From Marsupella aquatica (Eukaryota > Plantae > Marchantiophyta): DNA of 64,000 bases. The notes under the pieces were generated by a model. That model worked only from the letters and a program-made list of their open reading frames with translations, ran no database searches and was not told the DNA's origin. Location: positions 20,030,857 to 20,094,856 of the forward strand of contig OZ316893.1 in NCBI GenBank assembly GCA_973895155.1, given 5' to 3'. Shown here one piece after another: positions 1 to 12,964 of this stretch (position 1 is the first letter of the stretch; each line of letters begins with the position of its first letter). The position numbers were made by a program, and so were the translations under genes.

Positions 1-646
1 GTTAAACTATTTTAGTGCACAAATGTCATTGCTGTTTTCAGCATGCGGAAGCACCACTGTTTCCGGACCTGCTAGCCATGTGCGTGTGGAGGGAATCTAG
101 AGACTTCCTAGTCGGTCTTGGTGCCATTCCTTTGATCATTGGCTGCAGGCAACGGGCCTGTGGTAGTTCCCCAATGCCCCCAAGACTTTTTTTTGCCTTG
201 AAAAAACTCATTGAATTACATCAAAACGCCAGTATAGAACATGGGTGGCCCACAGAGGGGTCGGCACCGGGTGCGCCCCCCCCGCCTCTCCCCTCCCCAA
301 GACTTTTCAAACTATCTCATCGAGCAACAAAATCAAAGAGTAGGACCGCACAGAAGTTTCATCACCAACTCAGAGCTAGCGACTTTTGGAGCTCCAAGTT
401 CACCATTTCATTCACCATTTCATTATTTGTGCGTCGTACTGAGGGGGACCTCCGAACAACCCCAAATGACAAAACTCCCACGTCATATGAGTTCGCCGGC
501 AATACCGACGGTTTGCACGGAATTGAGCGTGCGAAGGAAAAGTCGGTCCAGTCACTGTTCATATCTGTGAGGAGAGAAAAATCGCATTCACTTCAATTTC
601 GGGATCGTGTGATGGGAATCTTTGCCCAAAAGGGGACACTTGTGGT

Positions 647-730
647 CTTTTCCCAAATTAAAAGAATACCCACAACAAAGGCAAGGGGTTCACTTGAGAT
701 CCTTTCCCGAATTAAAAGAATACCCACAAC
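647..730. repeat. Direct tandem duplication (~54-bp period)
   Basis: C(T/C)TTTCCC(A/G)AATTAAAAGAATACCCACAAC occurs twice; this causes the repeated IKRIPTT in the spurious ORF 15..755. Confidence 0.75.
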
Positions 731-2539
731 CCAGGTTCTAAATGTGTGGCATTAATTCTTAGTAGCTCCTAACCTTCAGATGGATCACGTCAGGCAATAC
801 TAATATACTTGGCTAGGTTGTGGGTCCATACAGCCCCACAATGAACATTAGTTTCATCCCTGTTGACGTCGGGGAAGGCGAGCTGCTATTGCTCACATGT
901 GTTTTACGCTTTACCGGTGCTATCACGAACCCGCAAACTGGCGGAAGAACCGGAGGAATTGTCCCACAGTCACGGCACTTCATTCATCCCTGAGCAGCTT
1001 CAATGTTTGGTGTTGTTATTAGTAAGCACCTGAGGGCTAATCTGCTGATCAGGCCCCGCGTGCCAATCAGCGATCCTCATCCAATGTTTTGCTAACTACA
1101 CGACTTTCGATTTGGCGGCTTCTCGAAGTGGATGCAAACCCAATCATCCTTGCACCAACCGACACACAACTTTTCTTCTCTTTCCCGACCCATTTCCCCC
1201 TCTGTAAACCACCATGCAACAATTGCTCAGTCTTGTTGTGATTAAAATACCATATTCTCGAAGCTTTTCCATCTGTCTTAAACCGTTATGTTCAATAAAT
1301 TTAGAAAACAACATATGAGACAGAATAGTGTACGATTGTCTCTCGGGCTCAATGTACTAGCACCGTAAGCAAGCCCCACCACAGTCAGATCTCTCCCATG
1401 CTGAACTGATGGCCTGAGTCTGGACGACATGCAGTTGGGTCGGCTACGAGTCCAGCAACAAGTCGGTCCCGTGGAGATCCGATCCGGGCTACTAGCTGTC
1501 TTCGCTTCGTTCTCCTGTAGACACGCAGAGATTCCTTCCTTGTTCTCATCATCAGTCTGCCCGACATTATCGTCACGATCCTGACCGGCAGCAAGAAATT
1601 TAATCGGAAATAGTGGTCCGGAGTATCATTCTATGGCCGGAATGAATGATCATGTCGACCGCCAAGCTTCTGATAATCCGATCTAAAGTGTCGACAGTGC
1701 AAAGGACTGCGCGTACCGCAAACGGAAGAAACTTCCTGCTACTGCATGCGCATCCATGATCTCCATCACTGAGTTGTTTTCTGAGCCAAAATTTCCCTCA
1801 CCGGTAGGTAACTACTAACTAAAATCGAATTGTAGTGAAGTTGATCACGGCTCCGTCGGTACAGCAGTTTCGTTGTCGCTCCACAGGGGGGCACTGAACC
1901 CCCGCGAGTTCAGCGATCTCAGTACTAGAACTGCCTGGTGAGTGACCACGTCTTGGAGAGGTAAAAAAACAGCCTCAGCTGTGCCATTCTCGTTAGACCG
2001 TGTGTAGACTGCGAGGATATGGCTGCACGACGCCACACGAACGGAGTTCAACAAATTCTTTGCTAACCGGTTGCGTGTACGTGCAGGCAGGCAAACGGCA
2101 TTGCGTCCGTAGGTTCACCTCTAGCTCACACAAAACGTGAATTTCTTCGAAGCAGAAAAAATGTGTGTGTCCCCTGCGGTGGTCGTATTCTGCTAGGGTG
2201 GTATCGTCAACTGCTGAGGCTCCACAACAGCCGTCCATGACTTCCTTCTGGTGCTGTGGAGTGTGCGAGCAAATGAAGGCGAGCTGCCACTTAGAGAATA
2301 GCTAGGGACACACTTTGGTTATGATCGGCCTTACTGGTCAAATTCACAGGAAAAGAGATGTCGATCTGCTGTCCACCATGGAATGATAATGAGAGGCATT
2401 TCTGGCGGAACTGGCTAATCACAGGACCTACTGTGAAGACTCACCAAAGCAGATTTCAGTAATGCTCGTCGCTATTTAGATCATGCATCAATTTGTCTTG
2501 AATCTTCCAAACCTTGACGTATCTCAACATTATTTATAT

Positions 2540-2933
2540 AGGTGAGCAATAGATGGTTCATAGATAGCATTCACATGATGAACAAATACTCTACACAGGA
2601 GATACATGGTTGTCTCTCCAGAGGTTAAGCTCTCAATACACAATAGATGGACAGAGCTTTATTGAACTCTTAATCTGTCCATCATACCAAAACGCTATAG
2701 TGGACAGAGCTTTATTAAACTCTAAGTCTGTCCATCATACCAAAACGCTATAGAACCTGCTCTCCTTATCTCTCACAAGGTTGACTGTGTAACAATGAGT
2801 CACTCTACTCTACTCACACTTCAAATTTTGCTTGTGCATACATTAACATATTAACTGTTTTCAAACTATTTGTCTACAGTTAATCTAATTATGTTTACTG
2901 AGTTACTCTAAACCCAAGAATAAATGTCTAAAA
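2540..2933 (-). mobile_element. Degenerate solo LTR related to the copia LTR at 8670-9012, with an internal ~53-bp duplication
   Basis: Colinear shared blocks GAGATAC(A/G)TGGTT, AGAGCTTTA-TG-ACTCT, CATACCAA, TATCTCTC and GTAACAATGAG. Segment ~2647-2753 is duplicated. Ends are approximate. Confidence 0.6.
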
Positions 2934-5900
2934 TAGTACAGTCGCTTACCAAATAGTAAAAGGAAAGGATGGACGTTTCCTCTGTTTTACAGTTCAATTA
3001 GAGTGACTTAAACCTGTTTTTTCCTGTTTGTTCAGTCACACGGTGTGAGAAGTCTAGGTCCAGGACCCTAACCAAAACCCAACTTTAACTTGATATGGGG
3101 GAAGTTCAGAAACAAAGAATATCATAATCAAGAAGGTATTTACGGACCCCCACTAGGGCTCCCTTGCAAAATTCCTGGTATGGGAGCGCACCACATCAGT
3201 GTGGACATAGACAAACAAGACTATTTGTATTTGTGACTCAAATAATTGCCCTCCATCATGTTTGCAACACTTTCTGCGTACAAATTGGGACGCCATGCTG
3301 TCTAAACAGGATGTAAAAAACTGAAAATACAATGAAGGAAATGACTGAAAGTTTCACTTGTAACCGCTTTAGTTACAATTGTAATTTTGGCATAAATAAA
3401 AATTCCTTCCAAACTTTAGATTGGAACACATAATTCATTTCCCCAAAAACAGATATGTCAGTGTTTACCAGTTAAAAACAAGTTGCATAAATATTTAAGA
3501 AGCCAAGAACTTACATTTATCCCCAATACAGATCTCTATAAGGTGTTGGTTTGTAAGGTTTAGTTTGAAAAGTATTAAATAGCTAAAAGGTAGATGTTGT
3601 ACACAGTTTTTCTTGGTACTTGTGTAGCTGATGTTGGGATTATCCTAATTGGGGTTGAGTTGCAGCCCAGAAAACAAACCATCGTTGGCATCTTGTTACG
3701 AGCTCAGCTTTCTAGGGACTATTATTGTCCCTAATGCTCTTGTAGCAAGGAGTTGACATACTTTGATGATTTCACGTTAGTATTTCTGGTTCTTTTGCTT
3801 ATGTCTTCACACTTGAAGACGAGCCCAGTTTGAGATTTTCCTTATTTACTAAGGCTGGGACAAGTAGAGTACAAATCTCAAATGCCCTCGCATATCTGAT
3901 GACCATTCTGTTTCATAAAGTACGAAAATACAAACAAAAACATATTGAACGTATTAGGCAAAAGAAACCTTACTTTACCAAAAATCAAGACACACCAAAA
4001 GCACCGTACTGCAAAACAGTCAAAACTGACTTTACCAAAAATCATGTAAGGCCAAAAGCATGTAATTCCCAGCCATGAGGACGCTGTCCCCCAAAAGCAC
4101 CTCCAGCTAATACCCTCGTGGGAATGCCTTTAAGCTACCCTACAAATTGTACCTCTTTTCAATTTCAAAATTCTCCAAATTTGAAATTGAGCAAGGTCCG
4201 AGAATATCCTCGAACTAGTCAAAGTCTCTCATCATCATCAACACAACAAATGTATATAGAACACATGGGGAAAACGGCTAATCACAGTCAATTTGGAAAG
4301 TTTTTCAAATGATATAGCAACTTCTCATGATCCCGGCGAACCGCATGTGGAAAGGGAGATAAAACGCTTCCCGATGATGCACGAATCGTAGGCTCGCAGT
4401 GCCTAATCATGAAGCCTACATAAACTGCTGCTGATTTCAGGTTTCAGATTGCGGAGGTTTGCGTCTTGAGCTTCGAAGTTTTAATGTCCAAAGCAACGTC
4501 GCATGCACACCGTAGCACGTTCTGTGAGGACGTCCTGTAGACTACAGTGCACACAACACGCACTCACGGAGATCGAGTAGCTCATTGCCAAATTGGTGAA
4601 GCTAGTCACTCGGCTCGCAAGCAAGAAAGTGTGTCGACCCCGGCTGCTCAATAAATTTTAGCTGTAACGTGAAAGCTAATGATTCAATCTCTATCTCGCC
4701 ACGAACGCATTATGAGCTCAAGGACCATGAACAGTCGGTTTACACGTTACGCTCTGGAGATATATGCTTAAATAAGCGGAAGCCCATACCCCTTTTGAGT
4801 GCTATGGACGACCGGCCAGCCAGCCAGGGGCCCATTTGATCGGTCGATGATGATATCGCTACACAGTCCCGGATGGAATACGGTGGTACTGTATGGTACA
4901 CGCGCACCCGCAGAGATTCAGGATGGAAACGAGAGCTGGCTGGCCTGGAGACGACATGATTACGAGCTCCGTCTACGGTGCGCACTGCATTCCGCAGGAA
5001 TTAGGCTGGGAGAAACTGGGATCGCAAAGTGAAGCGAGGAACTCCCCTTTGCACGGATGAACGGACGGCCCACACGGGCGATTCGCATTAAAAATATTGG
5101 CCTGCCTTTCTGCAAAGCCCACTGCCAAAGTACTGTCCATGCCCAATGATCGCTCGTCGAGTCGCCTCAGAGAGAACCTGTCTTTATGACGAAGGAAGGG
5201 GCAAATATCTATCCACGGTTGCAATGCCGCGTCTCTTTGTTTTTTGTAGACAGATCGGAGGTCTAGAATTTCCCCTTGATTTCAAAGAGCCCAACGAAAA
5301 CCTTTCCTTCAAAAGCATCACCTCACACAATCACACAACACTTACTCCGCTCAAATTGGGATCAGGTCAAGACAACTTTAGTGGCTTTGCGGGGAAACAC
5401 CATGGTACGGCTGAGTCACTATTATTTCTATACGACCAGAGAGAGAGAGAGAGCACGTTAACGGGTGCATCATGCTGCCTTTAGTACTAGACATCAAAAA
5501 ATTTATGGAGCGAGTGTGTGCTTCAATTTAAGGAAACGAGTGGCCGTGATGAGCGAGCACTCGATCCATCCTGATGCCGACCTGCATGCCCAGCTATAAC
5601 CTCAAACTCAAGCACAATGTACGCTCGTGAAAATTTGGCCGCCCTACTGCTGAGCTATCGATCGATCTTCCCGAGAGCATAAAGAGAAGGCCCAATTTCT
5701 GGACATGTGCCAAACAAAGAGCAAACACAATGGGGAAACGAATCCACTCGCAGCGAACTCAAAGTAGAAAACGTCTCGAAATGCTTTCGAATACACTCGA
5801 CACGAATATCTCCCCACCTCAAGTCCAATTTTCAGAGTCAGAGGAGTAATTGAATTATGAAATGGTGCCACTCCAACATGTAACCGGAAACTGGGAGAAC

Positions 5901-6488
5901 TGACAGACCTCGCACTGGCAAGATATTAGCGGGGCCACAGGGCCCTTAGCTCAGACGGATCTTCTTCTTTTTTATAAATTAAACGGGGAGAAATCAAGGT
6001 TAGCCCCAAACCGAACCCATCACCTAGGATTCCTAATGGGTCTGTTTACCTAATGGAGTAAAATGAGATATTGAAGTGCTCTGACCTGGGGGTCCAGTTA
6101 CTAATCTTTTTCTTTGGCAGTCTTTGTAGTCCCTTCTGTAATGTACTTACTAGTTCCTTGAGATCACATATGGATCTCAAACTATGTGCCATTGCTTGTG
6201 GGCAACAAGGATGACACACTGACAAGTCACGAAAATGGCTCGCCAGGACCACACACCCAGAGCACCTCAAGTCAAAACCAACCTCCCTTCCATTTCTCTT
6301 GAATGCAACAGCGTAATTGTTGTGCTATTGTTGTGCTATTCTCCATCCCTTGGCCTAGGGGGAGTAGTAGTAAATGTTGTGAGGGTTCCTAGAATATGTC
6401 CTGCCTGATCTCATACATGCTTCTTGGGACGTGCCACCCCAACAACTTTGGTTCTTTGTTTGTGGCCCTTATTCGGTATCTAGTAGGG

Positions 6489-6594
6489 ACCATAACTTTT
6501 GACCCATGACTCCATTCACAATGTTATACATAACATCATGAACCATAACTTTTGACCCATGACTCCCTTGACAATGTTATACATAACATCATGA
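6489..6594. repeat. Tandem duplication, 53-bp unit x2
   Basis: ACCATAACTTTTGACCCATGACTCC...ACAATGTTATACATAACATCATGA starts at 6489 and at 6542. Confidence 0.85.
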
Positions 6595-8239
6595 ATTAGA
6601 TGAATTGAGAGCTCATAATGGTCCTACCAACAACCACACATGACCACCTTCCTTAGGGTTTCTACTTGTACTTAGGGGGTGTGACATTTGCTCGGCAACA
6701 CATACCTTGCTTTGTGAACTAGCGCAAGTTCAATCCCAAAAGAAAAGAAGAATTAAATACAAAATCTCATGGTCCATTTATGAAATGTCTTTCTTGTGGG
6801 AAGCTGCCACTAGATTATGGTGACAATTTTTTAATTATAACCATGAGATGGATCTAAAACTAAGTGCCATAAGAAAACAATACTTCACATTAGTGACCTT
6901 GAACAAATACACTATCTGAAACCACATGGCATGCATGGGTACAGCAGGAATGGCTTTGTAACTCTATCCCCTAGATGATTATCTTTTATGTCCATTTCTA
7001 TGTTAGCCTAAAGTCAATGCATATATCCCCATTCCGGCCATGGCTGACAATAGAAGAAACATGCAATTTGATTTTATAATGTCCAATCCCTGGTCCAATG
7101 GCTTGATTCAACTTAAGGATGGGGTCTGAATGACTACCTTAGGGAACTAATGTGGGACGTATCACCCACATTTTACCTCTAGATGATGGTCTATATCATG
7201 CTGCTTGACCTACAGCACTGATGCACCGCATACTGGTAATTCTCATTCTCAATCATAAACAAGATTATTACACTGGGTGTAACTTGTTTTAATCTTTCTT
7301 TTAACTAATACTTGTGCTAACTTACTTTGGTGAAATGTCATGGCATGGCTGCTCACTTAGATTCAACTTGACAATAAGATGTCATGTTAATTCTCCCCTG
7401 GTTTCTCCTTGACTCTACTGCATAATCCTTTTTACAACCCTGTATGAAGTCTAACTGCAGCATGTATGGCAAGTGATTTCTCTGTAATCTCCCATGATTC
7501 CCCTCTAATTACCTCTGACCCACCACACCACACACCACATATTATTTAATTAAATGACATCTCACTTGCCCTTTGTGGGCCTTGCTTGTCCTTTGTGGAC
7601 ATATGACTCTTCGGATTTCATCAGTGGTTATTAGGGCATGTCACAACATTGCCATTAATCAGATACGGCCAAGGCCATAAAACTATCTTATGGCAAGGAT
7701 GTAAGGAGTTACAGGATACTTAAATACAAGCCCCAGAAGAATCTTACATCTAAAAGTTTCAGCCTCATATGAGACTTTGCTTACAAAAATAATTGGACAC
7801 ACCCTATTGCTTCATCATGCTTGAACATTTTGGTTACTCTGGCCTGATTTTTCTATGTGAATGAGTTAGTGAGTGTCTACGTAAGGACTTCCTTTGATTT
7901 CTTCTGGTGATCTATGGATTTGCTCGTGTATCCATAGATCACAAGGTTGTCCAGTCTTGGTATGATATTAATTTGGTGTTGCGTCATTGACCATAATCAC
8001 CTCTCTCTTTGCGGTTTTAACAGTGCTTTAGATTCTTCCTCTGTACCCAGAAGTCCTACTCAGTGAATTGATCAGTGTGTTAAAATAGGCAGAATGATTT
8101 GCAGTGTGATGAGTTCTGCATCTATCCGAACATTTATCTTTCTCTGATTCTGTAATAATATGAAATTCACAATGAAGGACACGAGGTGGAGGTCAGGCAC
8201 AATGTGCATATATGACTCCATGCACTGGTAGTAAGAGTT

Positions 8240-8601
8240 TGTCAGGTATTTATTCTTAGGTTTAGAGTTACAATTGTAGACGTAGTACGTTAAAGGTAAC
8301 CTTAGTTGTAGACTTGGTTAGGTTAGTCATGTTGCACACTATATTCCTAAGCTGCTAGTGTTTGTTTGGATAAGAGTAACTTAGGCTCATTGTTATGGAA
8401 CCAGTTGAGAGATAGGGAAATAACTTGTATATTGCGGAGACTTGGTATGACCAATGTGCCTAGAGTGAAGTAAAGCTCTTACTTGAATGTGTGTTCCATT
8501 GACGTAGCCTCAGCTGAGGTGAACCAGATATAGTTGACTAACTTGTGCGTTGAATGGTCCGGCTGGTTTTGCTCTTGTGAAAGTGGTCATTTTGCTCAAC
8601 A
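8240..8601 (+). mobile_element. Solo LTR (TG...CA) of a related copia subfamily, inverted relative to the adjacent element
   Basis: Begins TGTCAGGTATT and ends TCAACA. Region 8377-8601 aligns by eye with the reverse complement of 8670-8885 (AACTTAGGCTCATTGTTA, AGTTGAGAGATAGG, CCTAGAGTG-AGTAAAGCTCTT, GACGTAGCCTCA, GAGGTGAACCA). Confidence 0.75.
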
Positions 8602-8669
8602 TTTTCTTGCATGGGGACTATATATAGAGCATTGATTGAATTGTTTTCTGTAAGGTCAAGTGCAGGGTC

Positions 8670-10583
8670 TGTTGAACATAGATGACATTCGTAACGGCAA
8701 GCCCATGAACCATCCAGTGCACAAGAGTCGACATAGAGAGATACGTGGTTCACCTCCACATGAGGCTACGTCCACGGGAACACACAAGAGCTTTACTGCA
8801 CTCTAGGCCGACCGGCCATACCAAGTATCCACAGCACAAGCTCTTCCTATCTCTCAACTAGCTCCGTAACAATGAGCCTAAGTTCACCCAGGGTCTGGCA
8901 TCAGCCCTGGCTATATGCACAACAGCACCACCGCTAACATTAGCTAAGTCCTAACCCGAGATGACTAACTATAGTTAGCTCATGTGTCACAAGACTATAG
9001 CAATATCTAACAAACTCCCCCTTGACTCTTGTCTTGGGGACTGGACTAAATGCTACCATATGGAATCCTCAGCAAAAGTTCTAGACAATCACCAAACCAG
9101 GTCTCCCCCTAAAAAACCACAAGGGTTAACTAGAACTAAGCCGTAGCCAAACAGGAATGAGTAATCCATATACAAATAATCACACATTGCTAAATAACTC
9201 TACTTGTGCTACAACTACAAAACCTGCAAAGTAGCACGGTGTCTTGAGAAATTCTCCAAAGGAATCACTTTGGTAAAGGCATCAGTGTGATGGAGCTTTC
9301 CATCAATCTTGACTAGCTCAAAAGTTTTATCAGACATTGATTGCCTGATAAAATGGTATCTGATATCAATGTGCTTCACCCTGCTATCCATCACCTGGTT
9401 AGCAGCCAAGTAAATAGCACTCTCACTATCACAGTTTAGAGTCATTTTGCCATGCTCTAAACCCATCTCTGTGATCAACTTGTCCAACCAAATTGCTTCC
9501 TTTGCTGCTTCTGCTGCTGCAACATACTTTGTTTCTGTAGTAGACTGAGATATACACTTCTGCAAGGTAGATTTCCAATTGATACATCCTCCTCCAAGAG
9601 TAAATACAAACCCAGTTGTAGACCTCTTTGTGTCTAGACAGCCTCCATAGTCAGAATCTACATAGCCAACTAACGTTCTATCTGATTTGGCATCAAATAG
9701 TAACCCATAGTCCTGTGTACCCTTCAGATACCTGAGAATCCATTTCATAGCTTCCCAATGTACCTTCCCTGGATTTGACATGAATCTGCTAACCTTGCCC
9801 ATCGCTAGGGCCAAGTCAGGCCTAGTACAAGTCATCAAATACATCAGACTGTCTACTGCCTTCTCATAAGGAATCTTAGCCATCAAACCTTTCTCCATAG
9901 CATCTGTAGGAGAGAAAGCCGATGATAACTTGAAATGTGAAGCTAAAGGAATACTCACTGGCTTATAGTTTTCCATGCTGAATCGTGCAAGTATTTTCCT
10001 CGCATACTGGCTTTGACTCAAGCACAACTGTCCAGTATCAGAGTTCCTAAAATCTCCATCCCTAAGATCCTCTTGGTCTTACCAAGATCCTTCATCCTGA
10101 ATTCAGCACTCAATTTTGCCTTGAGACTGTCAACCTCAGATTGATCTTTAGCCACAATCAGCATGTCATCCACATAGATAACCAGAATGATGAAACCAAA
10201 TACATCATTCTTGACTAATTTCGTAAGCTCTGATATCACTTGTTGAGCATAGATGACATTCGTAACGGCAAGCCCATGAATCATCCAACGCACAAGAGTC
10301 GACACAAAGAGATACGTGGTTCACCTCCACATGAGGCTACATCCACGAGAACACACAAGAGCTTTACTGTACTCTAGGCCAACAGGCCATACCAAGTATT
10401 CACAACACAAGCTCTCCCTATCTCTCAACTAGCTCCGTAACAATGAGCCTAAGTTCCACCAGGGTCTGGCATCAGCCTGGCTATATGCACAACAGCACCA
10501 CCGCTAATATTAGTTAAGTCCTAACCCGAGTTAGACTAACTATAGTTAGCTCATGAGTCACAAGACTAGAGCAATATCTAATA
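8670..10583 (-). mobile_element. Internally deleted Ty1/copia LTR retrotransposon (1.9 kb; two 343-bp LTRs, PBS, PPT, only partial RT and RNase H)
   Basis: LTRs at 8670-9012 and 10241-10583 are ~93% identical by hand count. iMet-type PBS TGATATCAGAGC at 10227-10238 (one mismatch to TGGTATCAGAGC). PPT AGGGGGAG next to 9013. Flanks GGGTC/GAGTT look like a decayed 5-bp TSD. Confidence 0.93.
9215..10220 (-). pseudogene. Copia pol remnant: C-terminal RT plus RNase H, frameshifted
   Basis: Motifs IYVDDMLIV, MKDLG, YLMTCTRPDL, KWILRYLKGT, GYVDSDYGG, STTGFVF, CDSESAI, KHIDIRYHFIR. A 1-nt frameshift near 10048 joins ORFs 10018..10305 and 9215..10027. Confidence 0.92.
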
Positions 10584-12567
10584 GAGTTAAGTGTCATGGG
10601 ACAAAGTATTCTCTAAATTGTAGGGGAATCAAAAGTAGGAGAGACCCCCTAGGAGACTTTACAAAAAAAAACTGTGTTTTACTAAGTTACCCCCAAAACA
10701 GCACAACATTCTTATTTAAGGTGCCCTGAAAGCTACAATTAGTAAACTGCCGCAATTTAATCTGAGCCTTGGTGCATTCCAAATATTCCATGCTAGGGGG
10801 CAACATAGTAGTTAGATTACTTTGGGGTCTAATGGGATGGAAGGTCTCATGGGCAGAGCATTAGAATAATGATTAGTACATGTTTGTTGGTATGACATGT
10901 GAAAATTCCAGGTATCTCACAATTCTTTAACACTTAACCCTACCATTACAAAGGAGGTATTTGCTTGATCGACCCCCAAAATGAAACTTGTGACTTGATC
11001 GGCCCCTTGAGGTCTATGAACGGCCCAGATCTGAGATTGAAAGGTCCATCAACGGTCCAGATTGGGGAAATGTATCCAAGGGGTTGATTAAACAAAATTT
11101 TTCCAGAAGGGGGTCTACTAAGCATATCCCTCATTACAAAGTTAGTAATCATTTAAAGCTTTAATTGGATTCAGTTGATTCCAAAGGTCCAGGAACAATT
11201 TTTTGACCCTTTTCATACACATCAGGAGGTCTTAAGCCTCAAAATTTTATGGACCTGGAGTTAATAATTAAGTTTTTTGACAGAAAAAGTTCAGGAGCAG
11301 CAAATTCATGATCCTAACTTTCTCTCATAAGAATCATCACATGCCATGACCATAAGTTACTATGTAGGCTAGTGAAAACAGAATACTTCTACACAACCCG
11401 GTGAGAAATGCTATGACCAAAAGTTAACTATGAAGCTTTGAGACCGCCTACAAATGAGTCTCAACCCGCAGAGCCATGGAAACGTCTTTACCACCACCAA
11501 ACAAACCATAAGTCCACAACTGCAGAAACCCAATTGAATTAACAAGCCAACGGGCAAGACGAGTCTAATGTCATGCACGCCAAGTCCAAACTGAGCAGAC
11601 TCCTCCCTGGGTTCAGACTTCAGAGACTTGAGACCTTCACACTGACCTCATCACTAGGCGAATGGTCAATCAATCTAAGCTATCTGATTACACACTCACG
11701 GAACTAAATGCGCTGCATGGGTGGCTCCATAACATACACTCTCGATCATGTGGCCAGTCGCCGTTGTCGACAATGGCGTACAAGCCGCCAGAGCTTGATA
11801 ATTAATTAAATACCAAAGCTGTGTCGTCCCATGGGTCTTAGGCACTCTCGGCTTGGTTTCCGTTGGAGCTACGTACTGCACACCTCGTTTGGGCCGTGCT
11901 CGTACTAATCAATGAAGTTAATTAATTCATTCAATCAGTACCGGTAACATCGGCATACAATTCCAACCAACATGAAGTTCTTGCCGCAGCCCAGCGTCGT
12001 CGAGCGAGTGAGCTTGAACAGGAGTACAGTAGTAGTACAGGACTCACACGACAAGTACCGTAGTTACTCGATGAGACACCGCTCCCACAGTATCAACAGT
12101 GGTTTTTTTCCAGATGGCAAGGTGGGCTCGATCCACAGTCGTATGTCTCAGGAACACATTGAATGGCGATGTCCCCCCTTCGCTCAGAATCTGGGTTACC
12201 TACGACGACTCAGCTGCGATCTACTATTGCAATTTGCATATCTTTGTTGGGCAGAATGTGAACAGGAGTGCTGTAGCGTATAGCACTAACTTGAATTGTT
12301 CCTGGCAGGGTTTCTTTACGGTAGGGCCTGGACGGGAACAGGCACGTTAATTTCCTCAACTTCTGACACGGGCAAATGTCTAAATCGAACGATGACCGGC
12401 ATTGTATTATTATTGTGGTCCAGATCTTTCCTTCGTTCGAAACATAAGTAGTTCAGCTATAATTCAGATTTTCAGAGCATGTCGACAATCGTACAACTGG
12501 ACAAGCGACGAGAAGACCCTACAAGGAAAACAGATATGAAAATTTCATATAAAAACATATATCACGC

Positions 12568-12722
12568 TGGCAGCCAAAGAACAAAAAGTGTCGACTGACG
12601 AGGTAGACAGGATTTTGTGGCCATATGTCATACTGCCAGCAAAAAGAACAAAAAGTGTCAAGCAGGAGACAAGACCTCACAGGCCCTGTATCACAATGCC
12701 AGCCAAAGAACAAAAAGTGTCA
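12568..12722. repeat. Degenerate tandem repeat, ~63-bp period x3
   Basis: Core GC(C)AGC(C/A)AAAGAACAAAAAGTGTC at ~12568, ~12635 and ~12698. Confidence 0.8.
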
Positions 12723-12964
12723 AACGATGAGACATGATCCCAATAAAGAGAGGAACACAAGGTCTAGAGTACAAAGCCGAAAAGCCTATAGGGAGCCCCT
12801 TACAATAGCAAAGGAACTGAAGCCCTACTGCGAAGAAAACTGAAAAACGTGCTCTGGTTTGAAGGAGGGTCACCAAGAAGGTCTAGAAACCCTATATTGA
12901 CCGGTTCATGCTTGGATAGACCATAACATTTGACCTTGAGAATTGGAGATATTAAGGTTGGCTT

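Noticed and set aside
15-755. 246-aa ORF
   Set aside because: GTG start, no recognisable domain, and built partly from local DNA duplications and a C-run; likely spurious.
5437-5457. miR529/156-like GAGAGAGAGCAC
   Set aside because: Simple GA microsatellite; no complementary star arm nearby.
5940-5960. tRNA-like 5' end GGGCCCTTAGCTCAGACGG
   Set aside because: No anticodon or T arm follows; cannot form a cloverleaf.
10934-11165. piggyBac-like TTAA|CCCT start with an internal inverted repeat
   Set aside because: No matching AGGG|TTAA right end found.
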